Below, piece after piece: positions 51,056 to 59,918 of a DNA stretch of 64,000 bases. Every line of letters begins with the position of its first letter. Positions within the stretch are counted from its first letter, which is position 1. This stretch comes from Promethearchaeota archaeon. Lineage in GTDB: Archaea; Asgardarchaeota; Lokiarchaeia; Sigyniarchaeales; SOKP01. The stretch covers positions 32,001 through 96,000 of the forward strand of contig RDOA01000005.1 of assembly GCA_011364925.1 (NCBI GenBank). Direction: 5' to 3'. The position numbers and the translations under genes are program-made. The notes beneath the pieces are model-generated. The model made no database searches. It saw only the letters and a list, made by a program, of their open reading frames with translations, and was not told the DNA's origin.

Positions 51056-51970
51056 TTATTCTTCGGTAATATCAAGAATATTTGATAAGAAAATCTCGCT
51101 GTTAAACGGCTCTAGGTCGTCATACCCTTGTCCTATCCCCACAAAAAGAATAGGTTTTTTCGTTTCGTAAGAAATTGAAAGTGCGGCCCCCCCCTTTGCA
51201 TCAGCATCAAATTTAGTAAGGATATTTGCATCGATTCCAACATTATTATTAAATTCTTTGGCTTGATTTAGGGCGTCATTTCCAGCTAGACTATCCCCTA
51301 TGAACAAAGTCAAATCAGGTTCGATTACGCGAACTATTTTCTGCATCTCTCGCATCAAATTTTTATTACTCACTTGTCTTCCTGCAGTATCTACGAGTAC
51401 AACATTAACATTTTTTGATTTTGCGTGTTGTAACGCATCATAGGCTACGCTCGCAGGATCTGATTTATATTCGTGTTTGATTACCCTAATCCCTACTTTT
51501 TGCATATGATAAGAGAGTTGTTCGATAGCAGCTGCTCTAAAAGTATCCGAAGCTGCAGCTACGGAAGAAATACCGTTTTTTTTTAAGTAATGGGCTATTT
51601 TTGCAATTGTGGTGGTTTTTCCCGTTCCGTTAACTCCTAAAAAACAAATAACATATGGATTACCTTCTTGATTTTTCTTTTTAATTTCGTCCAGTAAATC
51701 AATTTGTTTTTCTGGAGTTAAAATTTCTCTGATTACACCTTTTAAGATTTCGAAAAGTAATTTTTTTTTTGACGTAAGCCTTCCTATTTGTTCACCCTTG
51801 AGAGAATCTCTAATTTTTTGACATAAAATATCTGCGGTTTCAGTAGCTACATCATTTCCAATCAGTAATAAATTTAGTTCACTTAAAGCACTTTCTAAGT
51901 TTTCTGATGTGAGTGTTTTTTTGACGAATGTAGAAAAAATACTGCTTATTTTTTTCATTAATATGACCAC
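51056..51970 (-). CDS. ftsY: SRP receptor GTPase
   Basis: GVNGTGKTTT, DTFRAAA, DTAGR, TKFD, DAKGG, GQGYDDL. Confidence 0.95.
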   Translation of the reverse strand: MVILMKKISSIFSTFVKKTLTSENLESALSELNLLLIGNDVATETADILCQKIRDSLKGEQIGRLTSKKKLLFEILKGVIREILTPEKQIDLLDEIKKKNQEGNPYVICFLGVNGTGKTTTIAKIAHYLKKNGISSVAAASDTFRAAAIEQLSYHMQKVGIRVIKHEYKSDPASVAYDALQHAKSKNVNVVLVDTAGRQVSNKNLMREMQKIVRVIEPDLTLFIGDSLAGNDALNQAKEFNNNVGIDANILTKFDADAKGGAALSISYETKKPILFVGIGQGYDDLEPFNSEIFLSNILDITEE

Positions 51971-52011
51971 TTGAATTAAAAATCAATGTATTCTTAAAAA
52001 AAGGATTCAAA

Positions 52012-52428
52012 CTATTGTTGAGACATTCTATTTTGTAGAATTTGATTCATACTCTGAAGGTTTAAATCTAAGTTGTATATTCTCTCTTGGAGAAATTTTA
52101 ACTGAGTATTATGCTGTTCGATAAGTTTTGTAACGAATTCAATTGCTTCCTCAACAGTTTTTTCGATAACCGTGTCGTTTTTAACATACACAAGGACTTT
52201 TTTAGTCTCTTTCAAAGTTGCCTTAATGTTGACTAAACCTCCAATCGGGATAAGAATTTCATCATTATCGTTAACCCCATCCTTAAGATTATCTAAGGTT
52301 AGTTTTGTCGTGTATAAATTCCCAAGAGACGCATTTATTATTTCAAATTGACCTTGAAATATATCTCGTTGTTCCTTAATATACCGATATTGACTTAATT
52401 GTACCTCTAAACTCTGATCATTTTCCAT
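52012..52428 (-). CDS. pfdA: Prefoldin alpha subunit
   Basis: EILIPIGG, VIEKTVEEA; operon position. Confidence 0.9.
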   Translation of the reverse strand: MENDQSLEVQLSQYRYIKEQRDIFQGQFEIINASLGNLYTTKLTLDNLKDGVNDNDEILIPIGGLVNIKATLKETKKVLVYVKNDTVIEKTVEEAIEFVTKLIEQHNTQLKFLQERIYNLDLNLQSMNQILQNRMSQQ

Positions 52429-52458
52429 ATAAAATCAATTAATGCTGTAATTGTATTT

Positions 52459-52686
52459 TTATTTAGACAATTCTCTTATTAAATAATCTTGACTCTCTTC
52501 CGGAGTTATTTCTTTTATTTCTTGGATATTTATCTGTCTTCTAAGAATCCCAATTGATGTGATTTGACTTAAAGCTTTTTCTAAAGCATCTTTTTCTTTT
52601 AAAGCTCGAACTTCTTTACGAAATAAATATCTTCTATGTTTTTTTTTATAGGTGCCAATAATCCTATAGATTTTAATTTCTGACAT
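52459..52686 (-). CDS. rpl18a: 50S ribosomal protein eL20 (L18a/LX)
   Basis: IYRIIG, FRKEVRA, ALEK; operon position. Confidence 0.88.
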   Translation of the reverse strand: MSEIKIYRIIGTYKKKHRRYLFRKEVRALKEKDALEKALSQITSIGILRRQINIQEIKEITPEESQDYLIRELSK

Positions 52687-52792
52687 GATTTAACCTTTCA
52701 AATCTATCAACGAAGTTAACCAAGATAATTATTTTAAAAATATTAAATTTTGCTTTTTGTTGAACAGTAATATAACGCTGATAATCTCAGCC

Positions 52793-53473
52793 CTATAACA
52801 TCAATACGTTAGTTAAACGCATCATCTCTGGACCAGTGCATTCATATCCAAATATACCACTCTGATCATTAACTATTGCACCTGAGGAGAGATACGGAAT
52901 TCCTCTGTTAACGGTGGATACATCGGTTTCTTTGACTTTTAGAATATCCGAAATAATATCTATTTCTTCGTCAGTGGTAAGAGGATGAACTAGACACCCG
53001 TTATTATTTGTCAACGATATAGAACCGGGAAGATAATTATTAACAAACTCGTAAATTACCGTCTCAACACATAAAGTATTTTCAATTTGGTCTTTATAAT
53101 CCTGTAAAAGAGTAGAAATTATAGCGCCTTTATCGTTACATAATATTAGATTTCCAAAAGCATTGTCTAGCGATTCAAGAATCCCAATTTGATAACCACT
53201 ATTTATTTCATTCGAATAATTCTTCAAACGTTGAATTTCTTCTTCCCTTGTAATGTAGGGAACAATTGTCCCATATTTATTACTTGCGGTATATACTCCA
53301 ATTAAATTTGAATTGTTAATTGAGATAGGATAAAAGGGAACTTCAAATACGCTTTTAATTTTTTCAATAACAGGTTTAAGTAGCGTAGCTGGATACAAAC
53401 CAAACAAATTATTAACTGCTAAGTACACTCCGACAGAATTTTTACCAAATATTTGGTACTTTAAAATTGTCAT
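52793..53473 (-). CDS. eif6: Translation initiation factor 6
   Basis: GNLILCNDKGA, LVHP, TVNRG, TGPEM. Confidence 0.93.
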   Translation of the reverse strand: MTILKYQIFGKNSVGVYLAVNNLFGLYPATLLKPVIEKIKSVFEVPFYPISINNSNLIGVYTASNKYGTIVPYITREEEIQRLKNYSNEINSGYQIGILESLDNAFGNLILCNDKGAIISTLLQDYKDQIENTLCVETVIYEFVNNYLPGSISLTNNNGCLVHPLTTDEEIDIISDILKVKETDVSTVNRGIPYLSSGAIVNDQSGIFGYECTGPEMMRLTNVLML

Positions 53474-53609
53474 TTAATGTATTGGATAGACTTCTAAACC
53501 ATAAATATTTTATTAAAACGAATAGGATAAGTCATTTTCACATTCAGAGAACTGTTTTATCATAATTTTGAGTTAATCTTTATTAATAAAGAATACTCAA
53601 TTATTATCT

Positions 53610-55859
53610 ATGATAAATTGGGTTATTGCCTTTTTCTATTTTCTAGAAGAACTTGGTTTATTAAGAATTGAGACCATGGTTACGATAAACCTTCCAATGT
53701 TGTTAATATTCAGGGGACTATACAGCATTACATATTATCTTAATTACAACAAGCGATTTGGCAGCGATCCTGAAAATAGATTGTCGTTATTTACTAAAAA
53801 GGAGACCAGTTACTTTTTTCTAAAACAAATAATAATAATTCTTTTTGGAACTATCCATTTGACTTTTACACTGTTTATTAGCTTTTATTCTTTAATGATG
53901 ACTGGAAGATACATTACTAGCTTTGCTGAAACGATTAAAAATCGGCTACTAAAGACTCTAGGAAAACTCATAACATTTTTCGCTCCACTCCTAGGGATAG
54001 TTTGGTACGCCCTTGTAGGATCAGATCTCTACTCCATTGCTGCTATTGGAGTAAGTACCATAGCTTTTTTACACTATGGCTCAAAAATTTCTCTCCTTTC
54101 TTTGAAAGAAATCTTGGAAAAATATAATAAAAGGCGAATCGAGAAAATCCCAAAAATTATTCAATATATACTATTAATCTTCTTAATTGCTTTCCCAACG
54201 ACTGTAATAATTGGAACTGGTTTGTATAAACCTCAGGAGAAACAAACATTTATGGTTCCGATGCGAGATGGAGTTCGATTAGCGACTGACATTTATTTTG
54301 CACCTGGATCTTTTGGAACACCTCGTCCGGTAATTCTAGTTCGAACACCCTATGGTAAATCTGGTTGGGCATATGATCTATATTCCTCACTTTACTTAAT
54401 TCAAGATTATCATTTAGTCATTCAAGATCTTAGAGGTACTCACGATTCTGAGGGTGGTGAAGATTATCTACTTTTCATAAATTCCTATAAGGACGGTGTT
54501 GACACAATTTACTGGATATTAAATCAGAGTTGGTCGAACGGCAAGATAGCTAGCGCAGGTGTTTCTGCTTTATGTATTAACCAGTACTATTACGCTGGAA
54601 TGGGTCCAAGTGGATTATTAGCTCAACAATTATGGTTTGGAACACCAGAATTGTTTGATCACGCAATCTTTCAAGGATCTTACCATAAGTCTTCAGTTGA
54701 AACTTGGATAAAATCGACCAGTCCATCCAATTGGCAATACCAAGTGGATACAATATTTTCAAAGACAATCCCTAAAAATGAAATTCTTTACAACTCAACA
54801 TCATTATCCTATCCTTTAGGACCTCGTTATTCCAAAGTTAATGTTTATGGAATTCATGTTGGTGGATGGTATGACCACTTTTTACAAGGCACGATAGATG
54901 GTTTTATTGGATACGACGATAATGGAACTTCTAGAGCTCAAGGACATCAAAAACTCGTAATGGGTCCTTGGACTCATGGGAGCGTGTATGGTGGGCAACA
55001 AGGAGAATTAATCTATCCCGAAAATTCTAACGGATTTAATTTATTGCTCGATTGGGACATGGAAGTATTTGACGCTGCTTTCTTTGGAACTCCAGCGGAT
55101 TGGACTGGTGGAAGGGTCGCCTATTATTTAATGGGCGATGTCGATGTCAATTCAAATAAATGGAACTACTGGAGATATGCTTACGATTGGCCTTTAGATT
55201 ATGTAGATGATAAATGGTATTTCACGTTTGATGGTGGATTAAGTAATAACTCTGCTGGTGCTGAAAATAAGAGTTTCTCCTTTCTGTTCGATCCTCGAAA
55301 CCCTGTTCCAAACTTGGGAGGACAAAACCAACCCTTCGATTTAGCGGGTCCCATGGATCAATCATCGATAGAAAGCCGATCTGATGTACTGATCTTCGAA
55401 ACCCCTGTATTGACTGAAGACATCGAAACAGTGGGAAGAATATGGGGTAATTTATTTGTTACTTCAAATTGTACTGATACAGACTTCACAATTAAGTTAA
55501 CTGATGTATATCCTGATGGGCGTTCAATGTTAATAACCGATGGTTCACTCACAGTTCGATACAGATATAACTACACATCAGAAGTTTTTATGTCAGGGAA
55601 TCAAACAGACATTTATGAACTTTTAATTGATTGTTGGTCAACTGCTTATGTTTTTGGTGCGGGGCATAGAATAAGAGTAGCTATTTCAAGCTCAAATTAT
55701 CCTCGCTATGCTATAAATCCTAACACGGGAGCACCATTAGCTCGCGAATATTTAGACGCTGATATTGCGAACAATACTCTCTTTGTAGGTCCAGGATATA
55801 ATTCTTGCATTATTCTACCAAGATTAGTAAATATGAGTAGTACTCATAAATTTTATTAA
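53610..55859 (+). CDS. CocE/NonD (X-Pro dipeptidyl-peptidase-like) hydrolase with N-terminal TM domain
   Basis: MRDGVRLATD, RTPY, QDLRG, GVSAL nucleophile, GGWYD, GPWTH. Confidence 0.88.
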   Translation: MINWVIAFFYFLEELGLLRIETMVTINLPMLLIFRGLYSITYYLNYNKRFGSDPENRLSLFTKKETSYFFLKQIIIILFGTIHLTFTLFISFYSLMMTGRYITSFAETIKNRLLKTLGKLITFFAPLLGIVWYALVGSDLYSIAAIGVSTIAFLHYGSKISLLSLKEILEKYNKRRIEKIPKIIQYILLIFLIAFPTTVIIGTGLYKPQEKQTFMVPMRDGVRLATDIYFAPGSFGTPRPVILVRTPYGKSGWAYDLYSSLYLIQDYHLVIQDLRGTHDSEGGEDYLLFINSYKDGVDTIYWILNQSWSNGKIASAGVSALCINQYYYAGMGPSGLLAQQLWFGTPELFDHAIFQGSYHKSSVETWIKSTSPSNWQYQVDTIFSKTIPKNEILYNSTSLSYPLGPRYSKVNVYGIHVGGWYDHFLQGTIDGFIGYDDNGTSRAQGHQKLVMGPWTHGSVYGGQQGELIYPENSNGFNLLLDWDMEVFDAAFFGTPADWTGGRVAYYLMGDVDVNSNKWNYWRYAYDWPLDYVDDKWYFTFDGGLSNNSAGAENKSFSFLFDPRNPVPNLGGQNQPFDLAGPMDQSSIESRSDVLIFETPVLTEDIETVGRIWGNLFVTSNCTDTDFTIKLTDVYPDGRSMLITDGSLTVRYRYNYTSEVFMSGNQTDIYELLIDCWSTAYVFGAGHRIRVAISSSNYPRYAINPNTGAPLAREYLDADIANNTLFVGPGYNSCIILPRLVNMSSTHKFY

Positions 55860-55869
55860 CATTTTTTTT

Positions 55870-56106
55870 CTATTTTAACATTTCGAGGAATTCATTTTCA
55901 GTTATGAAGGTTACGCCTAATTTACGCGCTTTAATAGAGTCCTTGGATTCATCTTTTTTATTATTAGTAACTAAATACCACAAGTCGGTAGATACATGTT
56001 CTCTAACGATTCCTCCTTTCTCAGTTACTCTTTTCTTCGCTTCTTCTTTTCCCATTGTTTTTAAATCTGACGGAAAGAAGAATTTTATTAAAGATAGATC
56101 TGCTAT
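55870..56106 (-). CDS. Stand-alone BRCT-domain protein, probable ATA start
   Basis: KGGIVREHVS...YLVTN...KARKLGVTFITENEFLEML; GGTGA TAA AAA ATA upstream. Confidence 0.8.
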   Translation of the reverse strand: MADLSLIKFFFPSDLKTMGKEEAKKRVTEKGGIVREHVSTDLWYLVTNNKKDESKDSIKARKLGVTFITENEFLEMLK

Positions 56107-56234
56107 TTTTTATCACCTTCTAACTGTGATAGGATCAACAACTATTTCTAATACGAAGAAAAAGATTTAACTTTTAAAACTAATGGACCAAAGGAAATTT
56201 ATAATTTTTAAAATGAGAAGAATTTACTAAGGTT

Positions 56235-56699
56235 TCATTCTGCTAAATAGCATACTACTAAACCATCGATATTCTTTGTTGCTCTTATTTTAATCTTTCT
56301 TGGTGGTTTTTGAATTCCACGGGCCCATATCGCTTCATTAACCTCTTGCGAAATAACTAATGACTCTGGTTTGAAATGGCGCTCCATGAATTCTTTTAGG
56401 TATCTAACTCCCTTTTTTGCCCATTTATTTCGTGGACCTCGTCTTGCTTTTGCGAGAGGAACAAGATATATACGCTCATCTATGATTTCTTCTTTAGGGG
56501 CTTCTTCCTCTTCTACTTCTTTAAATTCTTCGAGTTCTTCCTCAAAAATTTCGCTAACTTCTTCTTGTTCAGATATTTCATCTAAACTGAATTCTTCGAT
56601 TTCTTCAATTTTGTCTTCTTCTTCCTCAATATCCTCAGCCTCAACTAGCTCCTCTTCTAAATCATCCAAACTTATTTCTTTCGATTTCTTCTTTGCCAT
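56235..56699 (-). CDS. rpl31e: 50S ribosomal protein eL31 with acidic N-terminal extension
   Basis: ERIYLVPL, VNEAIWARGIQKPPRKI. Confidence 0.93.
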   Translation of the reverse strand: MAKKKSKEISLDDLEEELVEAEDIEEEEDKIEEIEEFSLDEISEQEEVSEIFEEELEEFKEVEEEEAPKEEIIDERIYLVPLAKARRGPRNKWAKKGVRYLKEFMERHFKPESLVISQEVNEAIWARGIQKPPRKIKIRATKNIDGLVVCYLAE

Positions 56700-56723
56700 T
56701 TTACATCAATTTAAATATATTAT

Positions 56724-56885
56724 TTAATCTCTCTTTAATCTTGTATTTCGCCATTCTCTTCTAGAATAAGGACTATCTCTTACTTTTCCACCTGTTTTCC
56801 TAATAATCCAATTAGGTAGTGAACGGCTTTGATTCATCTTTTTTGCCCTTCTTAACTTCGAGGGTAAATCTTTGTTACGCGCCAT
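56724..56885 (-). CDS. rpl39e: 50S ribosomal protein eL39; absent from ORF track
   Basis: MARNKDLPSKLRRAKKMNQSRSLPNWIIRKTGGKVR...RREWRNTRLKRD*. Confidence 0.93.
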   Translation of the reverse strand: MARNKDLPSKLRRAKKMNQSRSLPNWIIRKTGGKVRDSPYSRREWRNTRLKRD

Positions 56886-56900
56886 TATTTCACATCTATC

Positions 56901-57239
56901 TTATTTTTTAATATTAAATTCCTTTTTACTTCCGGCTGTTATTCTCTCTAGAATCTTTTTAAATTCTTTATCTGGTAATGGAGTAGCTCCGCGAAGTCTT
57001 CCTGATTGAAAGAGTTGTATTAGTTGAAGTTCGATTTGTTCTGCGAATTGAGGTTTTACTATTCTAATATTTTCTAATCTCTGACGTCCTTCTTGACTTA
57101 GTATCTTTCTCATAATTTGATACTTTTGTTTATTGTATTGCTGTTCTTGTTGTTCAGCTATTTGTTGTTGAAGTGCATGTTGTTGAAGCTGCTCTAGTTT
57201 TTTTCTTCTAATGTTTTCTAATTCTTCTTCATCACTCAA
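56901..57239 (-). CDS. PDCD5/TFAR19-like DNA-binding protein
   Basis: ELENIRRKKL, RQRLENIRIVKP, ELQLIQL. Confidence 0.9.
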   Translation of the reverse strand: MSDEEELENIRRKKLEQLQQHALQQQIAEQQEQQYNKQKYQIMRKILSQEGRQRLENIRIVKPQFAEQIELQLIQLFQSGRLRGATPLPDKEFKKILERITAGSKKEFNIKK

Positions 57240-57270
57240 ACTTGAAAACCTTAACTTATTTACTTTTGAA

Positions 57271-57732
57271 TTATTTTCTAAGAATACTATAAGCAGTTCT
57301 CTCTAACAGACTTGTTCCTTCTGGAGAAACAACCCTACCATCTCTTTCTTGCTTTACTATTAAATTTGCATCTTCCAGTTGTTGTAATGCCACTCGTATA
57401 ATTTTTCCACTTCCTCTAGCACTGTGATGGAGACCTGGCCCATTCTTGTTCTTTCCACCATAATATTTTCGAAGTTTATTAACTCCAATTGGACCAAATT
57501 TCTTTACTTTTCTTAATATTGATGCACACCTAACATACCAGAAATTTTCGTGATCGATCGGAGCTAATTCCTTAAAAAACGCAGTCTTCCAAAACTGACT
57601 TCCTTCAGGTGGCTTAATCTCGGGGAATTCTCGTAATTTTTCTGCAATTGTGTTGATCAGCTTCTCTGGTTCAACGATATATATGCTAATAATTATTACA
57701 CCAAGAATTTTAATATTGTATGATACATTCAA
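57271..57732 (-). CDS. rps19e: 30S ribosomal protein eS19 (true start possibly ATT 57690)
   Basis: KELAP, FWYVRCASILRK, YGG, GSGKIIRVALQQLE. Confidence 0.95.
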   Translation of the reverse strand: MNVSYNIKILGVIIISIYIVEPEKLINTIAEKLREFPEIKPPEGSQFWKTAFFKELAPIDHENFWYVRCASILRKVKKFGPIGVNKLRKYYGGKNKNGPGLHHSARGSGKIIRVALQQLEDANLIVKQERDGRVVSPEGTSLLERTAYSILRK

Positions 57733-57779
57733 AAAGAGTAATTAAATTAAAAATTTTTTGGTAATAGTAGTCTCCTACT

Positions 57780-58058
57780 ATGAGTTATCAAGATGAGTTT
57801 AAAAAAGTGCTGTTATCCTCACCACATGCTATTTGTGGACGCCATGGTCTCACAGATGAATTTTTAAATCATATCCAGCAACTACTTAAAAGATATAAAA
57901 CAATAAAGATAAAAGTCCTAAAATCAATCGCGACTAAATCAAATATTGCAAATTTTGCCGACCAAATTGCTAAAGCAACGAATTGCTTTGTTATAGATAT
58001 TCGGGGAAATATGATTATCTTTTCAGTATACGAAATGAAAAAAAAGAAAAAAAATTAA
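57780..58058 (+). CDS. YhbY/CRM RNA-binding protein
   Basis: GRHGLT, IKIKVLKS, DIRGN. Confidence 0.85.
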   Translation: MSYQDEFKKVLLSSPHAICGRHGLTDEFLNHIQQLLKRYKTIKIKVLKSIATKSNIANFADQIAKATNCFVIDIRGNMIIFSVYEMKKKKKN

Positions 58059-58073
58059 TGAGACTTTACCCTT

Positions 58074-58403
58074 ATGGCTAGAAATAAACGGAAGAACAAA
58101 GCTGTCGTTAAAAAAATAGCGGAGGTAAGAATGAATTATCTATTTCATAAAGCACACGATATATTCCCTAGTGATAAAGAATTAGCCAATAGATACACCT
58201 ATCTCGCAAGACGGTATGCTCAAAGAGCTAAAATACAAATTCCCAATAGATGGAAGAAGCGAATTTGTCATAAATGTAAAAATTTACTCTATCCCGGGAT
58301 AAATTGTAGAACAAGAATTCATTCAAGAGGAAAAGGGTCACATGTTTCGACTACTTGTCTCGACTGCAATCACACAACTCGTTACTTTATAAAATTGAAG
58401 TAA
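58074..58403 (+). CDS. rnp4: RNase P protein component 4 (Rpp21)
   Basis: IAEVRMNYL, LANRY, KRICHKC, TCLDC. Confidence 0.92.
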   Translation: MARNKRKNKAVVKKIAEVRMNYLFHKAHDIFPSDKELANRYTYLARRYAQRAKIQIPNRWKKRICHKCKNLLYPGINCRTRIHSRGKGSHVSTTCLDCNHTTRYFIKLK

Positions 58404-58440
58404 GATTTTTATTGAAATAAGAAAATTTCTATTAATAAAG

Positions 58441-59115
58441 ATGCCACTAACAATAATTTTAGCAGAATGTGGATTAGAATTGATTCCTGAAGAGATAAAA
58501 AGTAATTCTGCTATTAAAAAGAGTATCAAAGAGAATTCATATTCCTCAAAACTCCTCGATAACGCATTACATCACTCAGCAATGGGCAAACTAAAAGATG
58601 CGATGAAAAGAGGGAGACCCGATATTGCTCATATATGTCTTTTAAACGCTTTAGGTTCTCCGTTGAACAAATCAGGACATTTAGTCTTATATTTACATAC
58701 AGTAAATAATAAAATATATGAAATCAACGCAGATATTAAAATTGCGAGAAATTATAATAGATTCAAGGGTTTAATGGCGAAACTACTAATAGAAGATGAA
58801 ATAAGAGCAGAGAATGTTGTATTAATTTCAAGAATTAATAAAGATTTAAACGGATTGTTAACCTCTATAAGTAATGATGAGACTATATTGTTTTCTCGGA
58901 AAGGAGAACTTGTAAAGAATCATTTTGAATTATTTGAAAAAAGTTTGAGAAAAAACTATGTAGTTTTTTTAGGCTGTTTCCAAAAAGGCTCTTTTTCTAA
59001 GGAGATTTTAAGTTTAAGCAATAAGACTGTGTCAATTTCTAATTATGCTCTAGATGCGTGGGTCGCATTAAACAAAATTATCAGTTATTACGAGATTACT
59101 AACGATATTTTTTAA
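58441..59115 (+). CDS. nep1: 16S rRNA pseudouridine methyltransferase Nep1/Emg1
   Basis: AECGLELIP, RGRPDIAH, SPLNKSG, RNYNRFKGL. Confidence 0.9.
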   Translation: MPLTIILAECGLELIPEEIKSNSAIKKSIKENSYSSKLLDNALHHSAMGKLKDAMKRGRPDIAHICLLNALGSPLNKSGHLVLYLHTVNNKIYEINADIKIARNYNRFKGLMAKLLIEDEIRAENVVLISRINKDLNGLLTSISNDETILFSRKGELVKNHFELFEKSLRKNYVVFLGCFQKGSFSKEILSLSNKTVSISNYALDAWVALNKIISYYEITNDIF

Positions 59116-59199
59116 TTCTCGAGTACCAGAAAGTTTTTTTTAAATCGAAAATAATTACACAAGTAAGTTTTTTCTATAAAGATCTACAAATTTTACACT

Positions 59200-59270
59200 G
59201 CGCTCTTAGTATAGTGGTAGAATCTCGGGCTTCCAACCCGAGGACCCGGGTTCAAATCCCGGAGGGCGCA
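59200..59270 (+). tRNA. tRNA-Gly (TCC), no intron, CCA not encoded
   Basis: GCGCTCT/AGGGCGC acceptor, TCGGG-CTTCCAA-CCCGA anticodon arm, GGTTCAAATCC T arm; upstream TATA, downstream T-run. Confidence 0.97.
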
Positions 59271-59312
59271 CTTTTTAATTACTTCATTTTAATTCAACCA
59301 GATTACTTGAAA

Positions 59313-59870
59313 TCAATAATAAATCCGATTCGTGATAACTTTTCCCTTATTGGAAAACCTAATACCTTCCATTTCTAACAATGCTCGTTTCATTTCAATA
59401 CCGCCTTGAAATCCCCCGAGTTCTCCATTGGTTTTTATTGCCCTATGACAGGGTATTACAATAGGAAATGGATTTCTCGCTAAAGCGTTTCCAACTACTC
59501 TAGCACCATTCTGAATACCGATTTTGTTAGCGATTCGTTTATATGTGCTAATCCAACCTCTAGGAATACCATATTCAGCTAAAAGTACTTCTTTTTGAAC
59601 TTTGAAACACTGGTTAAAATCGACTATCTGCAGTTCAAATTCAATTTTTTCACCCTCTAAAAAGTGGACAATTTTATTCCCTAGCGAATTGATTATAGAT
59701 GAGGACCCCAACTTTATCGTTTTAAACTCTTCAAACGCTTTCTCTTCTGATTTGATTTTAGGGTCGCTTAAAAAAATGCGTTTAACTTTTAATTCAGGTC
59801 CATGCTCGTCCCAAATAATAGTAAATGTGCTAAAAGGAGAACTAAAGTTGGTAAAATAATACTCTACCAT
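59313..59870 (-). CDS. ogt: Methylated-DNA-protein-cysteine methyltransferase
   Basis: ARVVGNALARNPFPIVIPCHR. Confidence 0.93.
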   Translation of the reverse strand: MVEYYFTNFSSPFSTFTIIWDEHGPELKVKRIFLSDPKIKSEEKAFEEFKTIKLGSSSIINSLGNKIVHFLEGEKIEFELQIVDFNQCFKVQKEVLLAEYGIPRGWISTYKRIANKIGIQNGARVVGNALARNPFPIVIPCHRAIKTNGELGGFQGGIEMKRALLEMEGIRFSNKGKVITNRIYY

Positions 59871-59918
59871 GTCTATTACTATTCTCGATTTATTAAAAAT
59901 CTTCGTGAAACGCTGATT

